Below are positions 1-12,612 of a stretch of DNA of 64,000 nucleotides, piece after piece. The notes beneath the pieces were generated by a model. The model saw nothing but the letters and a program-made list of their open reading frames with translations, had not been told where the DNA came from and made no database searches. Source of the stretch: Phoronis australis (taxonomy: Eukaryota > Animalia > Phoronida); contig NMRA01000283.1 of assembly GCA_002633005.1 (NCBI GenBank), forward strand, positions 346,351-410,350. Direction: 5' to 3'. The first letter of the stretch is position 1. Every line of letters starts with the position of its first letter. The translations under genes were made by a program, and so were the position numbers.

Positions 1-3000
1 ATAAAATCGCAAAAGAGCAATAGGATTTGCTGTTTGTAGCTCTTGCCAAAATTCAGAACTTCAAGAAATCAGCTGATTTTGTGTTTTTAATTGTATAATT
101 ATGAAAAAAGATTAGAAAACAGCAAAAAAGACCAAAGTCTATTGATTGGTTGGCCTAACACTAAGTGTGTTGGGTTTTGTGGATTTCAGTGCAGTATTTC
201 AACTTTATCTCAGGCTGCGTGCACGTTAGAGACGTGACAAACCGAGATCAGCGTCATTACAAAGATATTGAAAAGACCTATTCAATGATGTATTAATAAG
301 CACTGTGAGTAGACTGGTTCAAAAGTTATTGCAATTATACGTTGAAATATATACCGCAAAAATCCACCGTTTTAATGCAATAGGTGTTAGCTTTTGTAAA
401 AATATCTTTAGCAAGTCATAACTTTCTTACTTCTCACACAAATTGAATGAAAACTGGCAGACATCAAGACTATTATACAAAGAACAAACCAGAGTTTGTT
501 TTCCAGAAAATATGAAGCTCAGTCACTTGTTATGAATAACAAATTAATCAATCGATCAATTATATATTTTCAAAACATGCGTTGTAAATTAAATTTCTCT
601 CCAAATTCCTAATCCCAATTGATTGAAGACTTCCTGAAGTATCATGTAGCTTATATTTCCTTAAAAATTTCTGAAATTTGGTGACTGGAATTAAATTACC
701 AAAGCGGCTATAAACGAGCCTTCCATCGAAGAAACCAGCATTTGATTTGGACCACTTACTAATATAAAATTGACCTCAACGGGTTTCTTACTTAGACGAG
801 AAGTGATTATTGTTCGAGACCATCGGCAAAAAAAAATTACACTCCACAATGAGCTGGTGTAGCCTTGTCTCACGTAATAACCGTTGGCTCTTTTCGAGCC
901 CAGAAATCACATCTGTTTTGACTGACGGACAATTTGAGACTAATTTATTTCATAATGGTGAGTGTGCAAAAACACAAATTGGAAGGGTACTAGAAAATAC
1001 ACTTCATTAATTTCACAAGTTATTATTTTATTTTAATAGATAATTAATTTCTCAAACATACTTTCACGGTTGTCTTGTCAATCTTGGTTACTGATCTGAG
1101 ACTATGTTTTTTCTAGAGTGGCATTCTAGCGAAAAAATATCTTACATCAAAAGCTGGTTTACTTTTTATCTGTGAACCTAGGATATATGAATTTAATAAA
1201 ATTTTTATAAGGGCATTAGAGAAATTTTGAAAATAAATCACTTTTCATGAAAAATTAATTTCAAGCTGCCATAATTTTTTCTGGTAAATTGTTTACAAAA
1301 ATAAAATGCATATTAGAAATATAAATTGCCTTTATAATGCTTTTAAAAATCAGTAGAATACAGAAAATATTTTACTAATGTTAGCCAGAAACTCTTACAA
1401 CAAAAAATGAAGATGACCTTAAACAGATGGTCTTTCTTTGTCATTGCCAGTTAAAACCAACCAAGACCTCAGCAGTTGGTCACCTAACTAAACCAAGCAT
1501 GGAAAATCCGATTCACAACGGTTGCAAACTTTACAACATGCACTAAATTTAAGGTGGAGAGGCAAGACTACCAGAAAACCTGTTCTAAAATGTTATTGTT
1601 TGCAAACTGTTATTTTTATTTCTTAAGTGGAGTTATAAGTTTTAAATATAATCATTCAATCGTCATTTCCGGCACAATTTTGTCAAACGGCGATATGACC
1701 TTACACTCTTTCGCAGTGGTACGAAAGGTGGCACTGTCGAATGTTGGCTTCTCATTGGTTAAAGTAATGAAACTGACGTCACAACGTTCAGTCATTCCCA
1801 TACTTAGGTTGAAATCTGGGAAACCCCTTTCAGTTTATTGTTACGTAGTATGGCGACCATACTCCTTGACTTTAATGGTAATAACTTACTAAAAACGGGT
1901 AGTGATCGAAGTAAACAAAATCAAGGTAATTCCGATCCAGAGCTTTTACAAGGACACTAGCTCTAACCTAATCCTGTCAACAAACATTGCGTAACCGGGT
2001 AATCAAGAGGGCTGCACCAGCTGATATAGATGATGTAGGGAAGCCAAGAATAAAATAATTCTATTTTTGATCATGTGCACACACGGAATTCCGTGTGTCG
2101 TTCATCATGTTTCCACAGGGTCACTTTTCAGTATAGGTGGCGCTGTGTCAGGTGGTAATACGACCTGCAGATTCTGAAACAAATATAAAACAGAGAACGA
2201 AATATTTTGATGAAACTTGTGGAATGGTAACGTTTTTCAATATGAGGTGGGGGCTGATGTTTCATAGGCAAACGTCCAATTGAAATATCGCCCTGGTTCC
2301 AGGCAATGATTACTTTCATATGATAACAAATTTCGTGACAAATATGAGTACAACGTCATCAAACTCATTTTTCTACTGACTACCAGCTGTGAGATGAAAT
2401 ATGCCAATGTATGACATGTGAAACTTTTTCGATTTGTATCGTTTTTGTCACGTACCTAACCCAGGAGTAGACCAACATACCCCATATTGTCCTAGATAAA
2501 TGTTTTTCTTTTGAAGAGACGACGGCTTCCAATTTTCGGGGTGATTTGATGTTTTCCTAGTCTACATTGATCGGCAATTAAATGAATATTTGTGTCAGAA
2601 AAAATGCAGAAAATTAGAGAAATGATGATAAGTATACGCATACAAATCAGATTGTAAATTAATTTGGTAAAAACTCAAACCAAGTGGCCTCGTTTTCGTA
2701 ATCTACACGAAACTCAAATGTTAATAGAACTTTCGAAATACATTGTAAGTAGGTTTGCACTTACCGATCGGACACGTGTTCCTACTATGAAAGAGTCTAT
2801 ACGGAACAAGAAACAAATAGACTTATGAAAACAGAAAGTAATTTGATGAATTCCTGCTCACTGAGTCCATAGATATCTTTCACAATGTACTTCCATTCAT
2901 TTGTGCCATGCCTTGAAACTCTGCTATTCCTAACAGCCACAATAACGGCTCTCATGAGAAGTTCGTTACCCGACATTTTTTCAAGTGATGCATCCCATAA

Positions 3001-3417
3001 TATAATTGAATGGTTTAGAACTGAATAGCTGACAATCGCATGAAAAGGTGGGCGTAATAACACAAATCATCGATTCCAATACGTACTAACTCCCCAGGTG
3101 ATGTCTCGCTCTTTAGTTGGAGCATGAATGAACTTTTCAAGCATATGAGGACTTCTCAGGTGAAAACACTAAAAATGGTTGCTAGTCGAGAGATCCCCGG
3201 CAGTGTTCAGCTAATGACTTGGAAAGCAACAACGCACTGACGCGAGAATAGGCCAACACGTCAAGTGGGTGTATTTGTAGAGGAACATTTATTTCCACTT
3301 TCGGTAAGTTCCGTGAAGCGCTGACAGAGACGAGTAAATAACTTTGGTTGGCTTAGAAATCAGTATAATAATTGCATCCTCGTAGTGTTGATATACGATC
3401 CATTGCTAAGACATATT

Positions 3418-3580
3418 CAGTGCTGTAGTGGGGCGTAGGCGCACGTAGGTGCCAGCCAACAACTTTTTGGCAATTTAACGTAGGGGCCTGCCGTGCGCAC
3501 CCTAAGTTTTGTTCAGTGCTCAAAGTGATACGGTGGGCTTTGGGCGCCTACTTACCTCTAATTTTACCATTACAGCATTG
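3418..3580. mobile_element. hAT-like MITE
   Basis: TIR CAGTGCTGTAGTGG / CCATTACAGCATTG; 8-bp flanks gacatatt / gacataca (6/8 identical, degraded TSD). Confidence 0.7.
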
Positions 3581-6346
3581 GACATACAGTGTAACGATCC
3601 ACCATGACATTAGCTCAGTTGGCGCTGGTGCGCCGCCGGATTTAAGTTCGCGACTCTGGCACGGGTGTCGATAGACCAGATCCTAGCAGAGACTAAACGA
3701 TTCTCTCTGGCTCATGAATCGTCGTAAAAGTAACAGTAGAATAACCGCGACCCTCACAATAAAGGCACAGGGTGGCCGAACAATGTTACTTTTATACCTT
3801 GTTGGTGTCCCGGCAGCGGCAACAAGCATGTCAATACTCTCGGTGTATAAGTAGGCGTTAGAATGAGATGGTATTGTAAGTGCGCAGCGTGCACATGTAG
3901 GATCCTTTGAAGATCATTTTTGAAAGGCTTTAAAATCTAATTCAAACAACTGAAAATGTGTACAAAATTAAGTATTTGTAGCATAGCATAATGTTTTCGT
4001 CTATTCTGTTATCCTGCTAAAAGCCTTTTTAACACAATTTACACCTCGACCGATATGAGAAAATCGCCGGCTATTCCCGTCTATTTCCGTGACAGAGTTC
4101 CTTGTGCATCAGTTGAGGAATTCGTCAGACTCCGAATATGGTTATGTGTAGAATAATAACACTGCAACAAGCAGCCCGTTTCATGTATTCTCTGTACAGG
4201 CATTTCATAAAATGCGAACGTGGTCAACTAATAGACTAATCAACTCATAAGTTGTGTAAATTACATGTAGAACGCAGTCAGACACGTGACCGTATTTTAG
4301 TCTACACAAGGCCAACTCGGCCATCAAGGGTGCAGAAACCGGTTCGACCGCGAGTCGGTTTCACCGAGCACAGCTAAACAATATGTCGTGTAAAATCGAC
4401 GGTATTTCATACTTTTGGCTTCGAACCGCTTAATCGAAACTGAGAGCTTTTGAAACTTAAGGTAGAAAATCACCAGTGAATGTGCCCACAATTGTGAAAA
4501 TGTCACTTGTGAGTGGATGCAACGAAGAAATCCCTTACTACTAGCAAAGATGCTATTAGGACGTTCCCTTACAGGGAATCAAACGGAAACTTGGATTATA
4601 ATAATCATATCCCAAAATGCATTTTTAAATGCTTTTGGGAGACAATTATCTCAATTCTTTCAAAACAACTGAGAAAAATTGCGGTTGCGTAAACCATCAC
4701 AACAAATCGGCACTTTACTCAAATAAATTTTTCAAGGGCAAAGTATCTTTCTACATTTTGAATTGCTCAAGGTGTTTGCTCTTCCTAAAAGTAAGGTTGC
4801 CTTCGGATAAATTTGGGACGGACTGTGTGAAGCGGCCAAAGCATTGGCATTGACGCTTGGTATAAATATGTAAATATTGAACCTGCTTGGAAATATAACT
4901 CACAGGTGGCCTGCAGACCAGACTTAAAAATGTTTGTGATTGATTCTTAATATTACAATGAATGACATTCTTTTCCATCTAAAAATACCCGCATGAGGAG
5001 ATAATGTGGAGAGGCTAATATGAGCTTCAGGTAGTGTTGACCTACGATGTAAATGGGAGCCAACTGCATATTAGCGGCCACATCGAGACTAACTCATACG
5101 TGCGTTGCCACGGTAATTTTTTGAGAGAGAGTCTTTTGCTAGAACATGTCATCATTTTCACAATGCGTGTGACAAAACGTGGCTAATCACACACTTTGCA
5201 CGTTCAGTAAAGGTCAGTTTTCTGATAAATTACTGTTTATTCAAAACATTCTGTTTTATATTGTAATTTCGGAACGGAGCGCCCCGTACAAACTATGCTG
5301 TGTCTCAGATGCGACACTTCTCGCCCTACCACCATTTTTTTTACTTTTCTGTCAATGTGACGCCACATTTGCAAAAGAGTTCTCGCGAAATGTTCTCTTA
5401 TGACCATAAATGCAAGGCATCGCGTCACAGAGAGATTCTCGTGGGATTACGAAATGTGATAACTTGTCAACTATTCGCCTGTTATTGTGTAACTGCGTGA
5501 TGGTTTCTCCCGCAGTTTTCAATTTCCACACAGGTGTTGAGCAAATTTCCACTTAGCGAACCAGCATTATTTTACGTTGCCAATGTCAGTGGTCTGGTGT
5601 TTTGTTACAACATTAGTTTGTCTGCAAGTAGCTCATATTCAATTTGCGTTACCTATTTATACACCTTGTGTGTTTTAGACAAAGTAATTAATATATTGAC
5701 CATTTCTTCGTCAGGTGACAAAGAGCGCAATAATAAAGGGATTTAATATCTCTGTGTAACAATAATGACCACAGGGGCATCCCGTCATTCGGGTTAATTT
5801 CCCAAAGACGCGCATACGTTCAGGCGAAGTGTTAAAATATCACTCGCGAGACTGATATTTATACAGATCTTGATAAAATAAGCACTGTTCATTAACACTG
5901 ATGCGCATTAATAAATGGTGCTGATAAGCTAGCTTAGTTTGTGGTGAACATCTGCGAAACAACACCTCAGTTCCGTTATTTAAAGCTGCTAAGTCCGCAT
6001 TTCGTTAAAAATAACTTTTGCTGTAGGCCACTTACGGAAATTCTCCATTTATTTCGCGCAAAAATATTTGCCAAATCTGTCACTTTCCAATTTTCTAAGG
6101 CTGATTACCTCGCTGCAAGGGGTGGAAACTTTACCAAACACTCTTTAGTGACACACAATACAAACTTCCTTAATCATTATTTTTTTTAAGAAACTTGGCA
6201 AAGAAATGCCCTGTCGGCCATATTGTGGGCTAAATAGGTCAAGAATTACCGTACAGTTATGAAATTGGTCTCAACTTGTTCCTTACTTAAATTAGGGGTG
6301 ATTTCGGGGTTTGGAAGGAATTTGAAGTACCTTATTACTTGAGACC

Positions 6347-6465
6347 AGCCTCTCGTCCAGTAACGTTAGGACCTCGCTAAAAATCAAGACTTCGTGAGAT
6401 TACGTGAGAACACGTGACTTTGGCTAGATTTTGCTAGGTCCTAGCATAGGTCCTAGCATTACTGG
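6347..6465. mobile_element. MITE family 'GCCTC-CAGTAACGCTAGGACCT' (also 7619-7737, 28701-28854, 44697-44810)
   Basis: TIR cagtaacg(t/c)taggacct...aggtcctagc(a/g)ttactg; internal caagactt(c/t)g(t/c)gagattacg shared by all copies. Confidence 0.75.
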
Positions 6466-6670
6466 TTCAACCAATTGGCTTGTTACTGACGGGTTGTCTT
6501 TTGCATCGAGCAAGGCCCCAAGCAAATTGAGAAGGCTGTGGAAGAAACGTTAAGTTGAGACGAGTTTTATGGCGGTTAGTGCTCAAAATCAAAAGCTCAG
6601 TTCCTTGGCGGTTTATAACAGCTGGGGTTGGGCGCTCAAGCACACCCCAAACCAGTCGGAACAAATCGGG

Positions 6671-7180
6671 AATTTTCGTAGCCTGAAATTATCCCTCCAA
6701 TGCATTTCATATCTGCGCATGTGCGAACTTCACTCACAACAACAAAGGGAATTGGCGTGAGTATAGGAGGTATCAAAAGCCGCAGGTGGCGTCATTTGCA
6801 TGTCTCCTGATAGCTAATAACTAGCGCAACAGGGGGTTTCTCGGCGTATTCGACGTATTCTCCGTTTTGAGTTACATCACTTGCTGTATTGATTAAAGTT
6901 CGCACATGCAGAGATATGAAGCATCCCCGAGGTCTTTCGGAACACCGTAACCTCAGTTATTCCTTTGGAGGTGTTTCTTATCGCCGCATGTGCTTACTTC
7001 TGTTATACAATATGTCATGTGAATTACAAAGTGGAGATTGATTGACCGCTTGGCAGAAGTTCCTACACGAGCAAATAAAGTTCATTGATCTCTGGGGCGA
7101 AATTGAGGCTCCGAGGGAGGATATGAAAATACCACAGGTGCTCCGGATACTGTGAGGGATAATTTGAGGTTATGAAAATT
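6671..7180. mobile_element. Non-autonomous TIR element with nested internal inverted repeat (second copy 7943-8452)
   Basis: 27-bp TIR aattttcgtagcctgaaattatccctc / gagggataatttgaggttatgaaaatt (3 mismatches); inner IR 6701-6730 with 6896-6923. Confidence 0.7.
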
Positions 7181-9315
7181 AGAGCGTATATGAATTTGAA
7201 AGCCTATTCTTGTTTTCATTTTGAGCCTTTCAGATGGATTTGCTCAAATTTTGAAATAACGCCACTCATTTTCATACTTTACCGACTGTAATACGTTCGG
7301 TGGTATTTCGCCGCGCTAACCTGTCCCAAAACTTGTTTTATTTGGATTTGAAAACAATTCAAANTTCTAAGGCTGATTACCTCGCTGCAAGGGGTGGAAA
7401 CTTTACCAAACACTCTTTAGTGACACACAATACAAACTTCCTTAATCATTATTTTTTTTAAGAAACTTGGCAAAGAAATGCCCTGTCGGCCATATTGTGG
7501 GCTAAATAGGTCAAGAATTACCGTACAGTTATGAAATTGGTCTCAACTTGTTCCTTACTTAAATTAGGGGTGATTTCGGGGTTTGGAAGGAATTTGAAGT
7601 ACCTTATTACTTGAGACCAGCCTCTCGTCCAGTAACGTTAGGACCTCGCTAAAAATCAAGACTTCGTGAGATTACGTGAGAACACGTGACTTTGGCTAGA
7701 TTTTGCTAGGTCCTAGCATAGATCCTAGCATTACTGGTTCAACCAATTGGCTTGTTACTGACGGGTTGTCTTTTGCATCGAGCAAGGCCCCAAGCAAATT
7801 GAGAAGGCTGTGGAAGAAACGTTAAGTTGAGACGAGTTTTATGGCGGTTAGTGCTCAAAATCAAAAGCTCAGTTCCTTGGCGGTTTATAACAGCTGGGGT
7901 TGGGCGCTCAAGCACACCCCAAACCAGTCGGAACAAATCGGGAATTTTCGTACCCTGAAATTATCCCTCCAATGTATTTCATATCTGCGCATGTGCGAAC
8001 TTCACTCACAACAACAAAGGGAATTGGCGTCAGTATAGGAGGTATCAAAAGCCGTAGGTGACGTCATTTGCATGTCTCCTGATAGCTAATAACCAGCCCA
8101 ACAAGGGGTTTCTCGGCGTATTCGACGTATTCTCCGTTTTGAGTTACATCACTTGCTGTATTGATTAAAGTTCGCACATGCAGAGATATGAAGCATCCCC
8201 TAGGTCTTTCGGAACACCGTAACCTCAGTTATTCCTTTGGAGGTGTTTCTTATCGCTGCATGTGCTTACTTCTGTTATACAATATGTCATGTGAATTACA
8301 AAGTGGAGATTGATTGACCGCTTGGCAGAAGTTCCTACACGAGCAAATAAAGTTCATTGATCTCTGGGGGGAAATTGAGGCTCCGAGGGAGGATATGAAA
8401 ATACCACAGGTGCTCCGGATACTGTGAGGGATAATTTGAGGTTATGAAAATTAGAGCGTATATGAATTTGAAAGCCTATTCTTGTTTTCATTTTGAGCCT
8501 TTCATATGGATTTGCTCAAATTTTGAAATAACGCCACTCATTTTCATTCTTTACCGACTGTAATACGTTCGGTGGTATTTCGCCGCGCTAGCCTGTCCCA
8601 AAACTTGTTTTATTTGGATTTGAAAACAATTCAAATCCCAAAATTTAACATTTTTGGGGCTCCGGATAAACATATCACGCGCAAATCTACCTTCATGTTT
8701 ACAATAGTAAGATTAGGAGGGTAATGGGCGTTGCATTGTTGATTTCTAAAACTAGTGACGCAATGACTTATAATCAATAATTCCACTACGCCTTGATATC
8801 GAGTTGTAGAACTCGTGGCCACTTTGGCAGTGGAAAGTGTTCGTGTATAACTCAACAGTGGGGGTCATCCTACTCAGTAAAAGCGAACAGTGGGCAACAT
8901 AACTCGTAACCAGGCAGGGACCCTCACACATGAGTTTGCTTTTTTATTATTTGTAAAACAAGCACAGTTGCTAGGATTGTGACGTGGTCTTTGGTGAGTT
9001 TCTGGCATGCAAGCAAATTTTTCCACCCTCAAAGACAATATTTTGTAACTTCATGACAGCGTTTTCCCGTTCAGTGACTTTACCAGGCGTAGGGGGTTCT
9101 GAGCATGTGATAACATGTAGCTTCTTTGTTAACTGTCAAGCACACTCTTTTATCTGCTATGACAACAAGTGGGCCAATTATCTACCAGGCTTATTACAGA
9201 CCACATGTGAACACAGTCAAACTCAGAGTGAATTGGTGTATTCGGAAAGAATATATTGTCGTACTTCGGTTGCAGTTGGGCAACTTTGGCGATTTAAAAA
9301 CTAAACATGATCACC

Positions 9316-9388
9316 ATTTGTGTAAAATAATTGTATACAGATTTCTTTTTTATGTATTTGTGTAAAATAATTGTATATAGATTTCTTT
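9316..9388 (+). repeat. 40-bp tandem duplication (~1.8 copies)
   Basis: atttgtgtaaaataattgtata(c/t)agatttcttt occurs twice. Confidence 0.8.
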
Positions 9389-11463
9389 GTACTTTTTTAA
9401 CCCAGATATAATGCCACTTGGCGCTTTCTGGGTTATGTATATTCATTGTATCGAAGATTTCGTAACAAACATAGAAATCACCATTTGACGAAGATTTCAG
9501 AAATGCTATTGGTTTTATGTTCAAGTATGTTATAACTTAACTTTTATTTTTAACAGCGCAGCCCAGTCAGGGTAGATAGGATCTTATTGGAGATTAGAAC
9601 AATTATCGAACAAAAGAGAGCTGGCCCTCCAACCCTAAATGCCAGGATGGAGTTAATCAGTCGTGTAAGATATTGGCTACAGGGGTAAACTTCCCAACTT
9701 GTTGTTGGGCTATAGAATCGAACAAGTTGGGAGCAACGGGAAAACGCCGTAATGTTTTTGAATGCGAAAAATGTACAGTCGCAAGATTTTAATCCTCTGG
9801 TGCAATTGACAAACACGTTTCTTGTAATAGTATTCTAGCATATGTTACACAATATTTGAAGTACATGAGATGACGCAGTGGACAATCTCGAGTATTTGCT
9901 TAAGGTCAGAGTATGATCACTATGTAAGCCAAAGCAATCCAACCTACTGTGTGAACGGTAGGCAGATAAAGGTAAGTTGCGAAATTCAATTTGCAACTTT
10001 CAAAGATTTCTCAGTGGTTATAGTTTCAGTAAAAACGACACCAAGGCACCTGCTGTGTGTGTTTTAAAGAGGTCAATTCGGGTTCCCTTCGCTTCCCTGA
10101 GAAAAAGAACCCCGACGCCAGATCACCGTGGTTAACAACGGAAGTCTTCTTTCGACGGATTTTTGTTATTCTTGACGTCTTGGACTATCCAGTTAATCCA
10201 GTAATGCCTTCAGCAACATAAGAAAACACGATGCACAACACTTAAACGTAGGCAAATTAAACTATTCGTAAGTAGCCCTTTCGAGACCTGTCACGGTTGT
10301 GCTATCGCGAGAAAACAGCAAACGCAAACAGTACCAATTTTACTGGTACCCGCGGTAGCAGCATGTACCTGCAGCGGGTATTGGAGTGTGTTGAATAGAC
10401 CAATATGTGCATGTTGTTTCAGTGCACTGGTAGCTGTAAGAATGAATGAGTATTAAAAGCAATGATCGGGCGCGACCGCAAAAACAGCCGAACATTGGAT
10501 TCTAATACTTTGCAAAAATCGTCGTTTTTGTAGGAAACGGGCATGTCTGGAGCGGTACACGGTAGCAGTTTGGATAGGCGGATAGCTGAACAGGGGTACG
10601 TGTCAACGTCATTCACCCACGCAGCCTCACTGACCTAAGTCGAGTTTAGCGCACAAAATTGTATTGTAATGTAGATGTTTGGAAAAGCTATCGTGTCAGC
10701 AATAACTTCATGTCAAACATGATATCCCAGACGTCGCCCTCGCCTTTCCGAAAAGGAAGTATTTCGTGGAACCTGGTCCGTTTTCGGAGAATGTGCCAGT
10801 CAATAACTCTATTCAGGGTGACGGAACGTCATGTAGTCTGTTTGTAGTCACATTGGTATCGACGCATAAACTGGCGAACTCGGTTCGAATTTAGTAAGTT
10901 CGTTTAATAGCTGTAGAAATCGCTCTTAATCGGAATAAAGAAAAAGATGAAACCAATTTTATCACCTTAAGTGGTATAAGAGCTTTTGACATCGTCGAAT
11001 GCCGGTGCATGGCCACTTAAAGCGGTAACCGAAGTCAAGATAAGTTTAGCTAGGCGTCTCAGAAGCTTGAAAAAGTCGGTAGTGCCTGACGAAACGTAGC
11101 TGTTAATTTCTCGGATCTAACCACGTAAGTTAATTCTAGTTTTAAATTAGCAAAAACCTGAAGCTGGCCACATTAAATAGCTCATTAATGTCCAAGTACA
11201 TCTTCATTATTTTGTATCACTAATGTTTATTTAATCCAGGTGAAAGCGTTAAGAACATTTTAGTCAAATGAGATTGTTGCGGCTTATTCGAGTGATTCGT
11301 GACATTCAGATTCAGCATTGCGGTGGCACTATAAGTAAAAATTGACTTATAGACCATATTCACTGCCAATTCAATTCATATAACAATCCCGTTACCATTG
11401 GCCACATGTAGTTAAATTATTGGGCAAGCCGACACAACGGAACACCGCGTAGTGGTACTTGTA

Positions 11464-11508
11464 GTGGCAGCAGCAGCAGCGGTGGTGGTGGTGGTGGGTG
11501 GTGGCGGT
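11464..11508 (+). repeat. (GCA)n/(GGT)n microsatellite abutting the gap
   Basis: gcagcagcagcagcggtggtggtggtggtgggtggtggcggt, then Ns. Confidence 0.85.
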
Positions 11509-11731
11509 NNNNNNNNNNNNNNNNNNNNNNNNNNNNNNNNNNNNNNNNNNNNNNNNNNNNNNNNNNNNNNNNNNNNNNNNNNNNNNNNNNNNNNNNNNNN
11601 NNNNNNNNNNNNNNNNNNNNNNNNNNNNNNNNNNNNNNNNNNNNNNNNNNNNNNNNNNNNNNNNNNNNNNNNNNNNNNNNNNNNNNNNNNNNNNNNNNNN
11701 NNNNNNNNNNNNNNNNNNNNNNNNNNNNNNN
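11509..11731. other. Assembly gap (223 N)
   Basis: Run of N; additional single Ns at 7364, 29321, 33084 and 46432. Confidence 0.99.
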
Positions 11732-11829
11732 NTTTTTTTTTTTAGTCCGTCCGCTCTTTTGTTAGCAAATGGTCCACAACGTCGGGAATTTGAGCCCCCC
11801 CCCCAAATCGAAGGCTGGGTGCGCGCATG
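11732..11829 (-). mobile_element. Partial copy of the 32874-33108 MITE family running into the N gap
   Basis: Reverse complement catgcgcgcacccagccttcgatttgggggggggctcaaattcccgacgttgtggaccatttgctaacaaaagagc matches 32874-32945. Confidence 0.7.
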
Positions 11830-12299
11830 GTACCAGGCCATTACAGGCCAATAATACACCAAAAAACGGTTTCGGCCCTATAAAGGGCCAGTATTGACTG
11901 ACTGTGTTGGTCCTGCACAGGGCCATTGATGGGCTCATATTTAGCCAGTACATTAATTACATAGGCGAAAGTGCAGTGGTGGGCCAGTACAGTGCCAATA
12001 TTGAACCACTAAGGTTGTCTTTACAGGCCCAATGCAGGAATATTAATGTTTGTGGGTATAACGAAACAACAGAGTTTTTTTTTCAATGCTTCAGGTTTTT
12101 AACTCCTACAACATTCGCTTTCTTGGTCATTTCAATCCTATTGCATGTGCAGCTGTGACTTACAAGAAAAAGGGTTCTTGTTCTTTAATACTTTTATTAC
12201 TATGAAACTGCTAAGATAAGATACTTCCAAAAAAACATGAATTATATAAATAAAAACTAAGCAACTAGCTATTTTTTACAAAACTGTCTCGGGCATGTT

Positions 12300-12423
12300 A
12301 GTGGACTGGCAGCTTCACACAGTCTTCGCCCTCACTCCCTGTCTCCAGCGTTTCGGAACCTGGTGCCTGTCTTTTTTACTATAAAACTTGCGTTAGCATT
12401 ACTGTGTTCCTTGATCACAATCC
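12300..12423 (-). pseudogene. Possible decayed terminal exon of a transposon-associated DUF4806/BEN-like gene
   Basis: Strong acceptor gttttatttcag|GG, then IVIKEHSNANASFIVKKTGTRFRNAGDRE*GRR. Resembles the W(F/L)R.A.DR.GGR C-terminal motif, with a stop at 12332-12334. Confidence 0.35.
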
Positions 12424-12612
12424 CTGAAATAAAACACCGCCTGCTTAGTATCTTAGAGTACAAACTAACAAACTCCACTATACATAAGATAAGTTATGCA
12501 TAATAAGAATTACCTAAAGACACTATGCCATTCCAACACAATACTTATTTTAAATGCATAATCTGCAAGATATATAAATGTTTCATCCTTTGTTAACCCA
12601 AATCCGGCCATA

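Larger units (their letters stand above)
6093..8635 (+). repeat. 1271-bp direct duplication joined by a single N (6093-7363 / 7365-8635); probable uncollapsed allelic overlap
   Basis: Constant offset 1272 (duplicate ORFs at 6467 and 7739); ~15 substitutions counted by eye; N at 7364 sits exactly at the junction. Confidence 0.92.

Noticed and set aside
1-1422. Right part of a large non-autonomous DNA transposon ending ...gatgaccTTAA
   Set aside because: Composition is repeat-like, but the left terminus is outside the window so TIR/TSD cannot be verified.
3605-3930. SINE with tagctcagttgg A box
   Set aside because: B box and body too degenerate, and no second copy in the window to confirm.
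6467-8038. Duplicated 63-65 aa ORFs as tandem genes
   Set aside because: No recognisable domain, non-ATG or chance starts, and located inside the N-joined duplication.
11392-11862. Long ORFs with poly-H/C/A/V runs
   Set aside because: Artefacts of translating through the N gap and a microsatellite.
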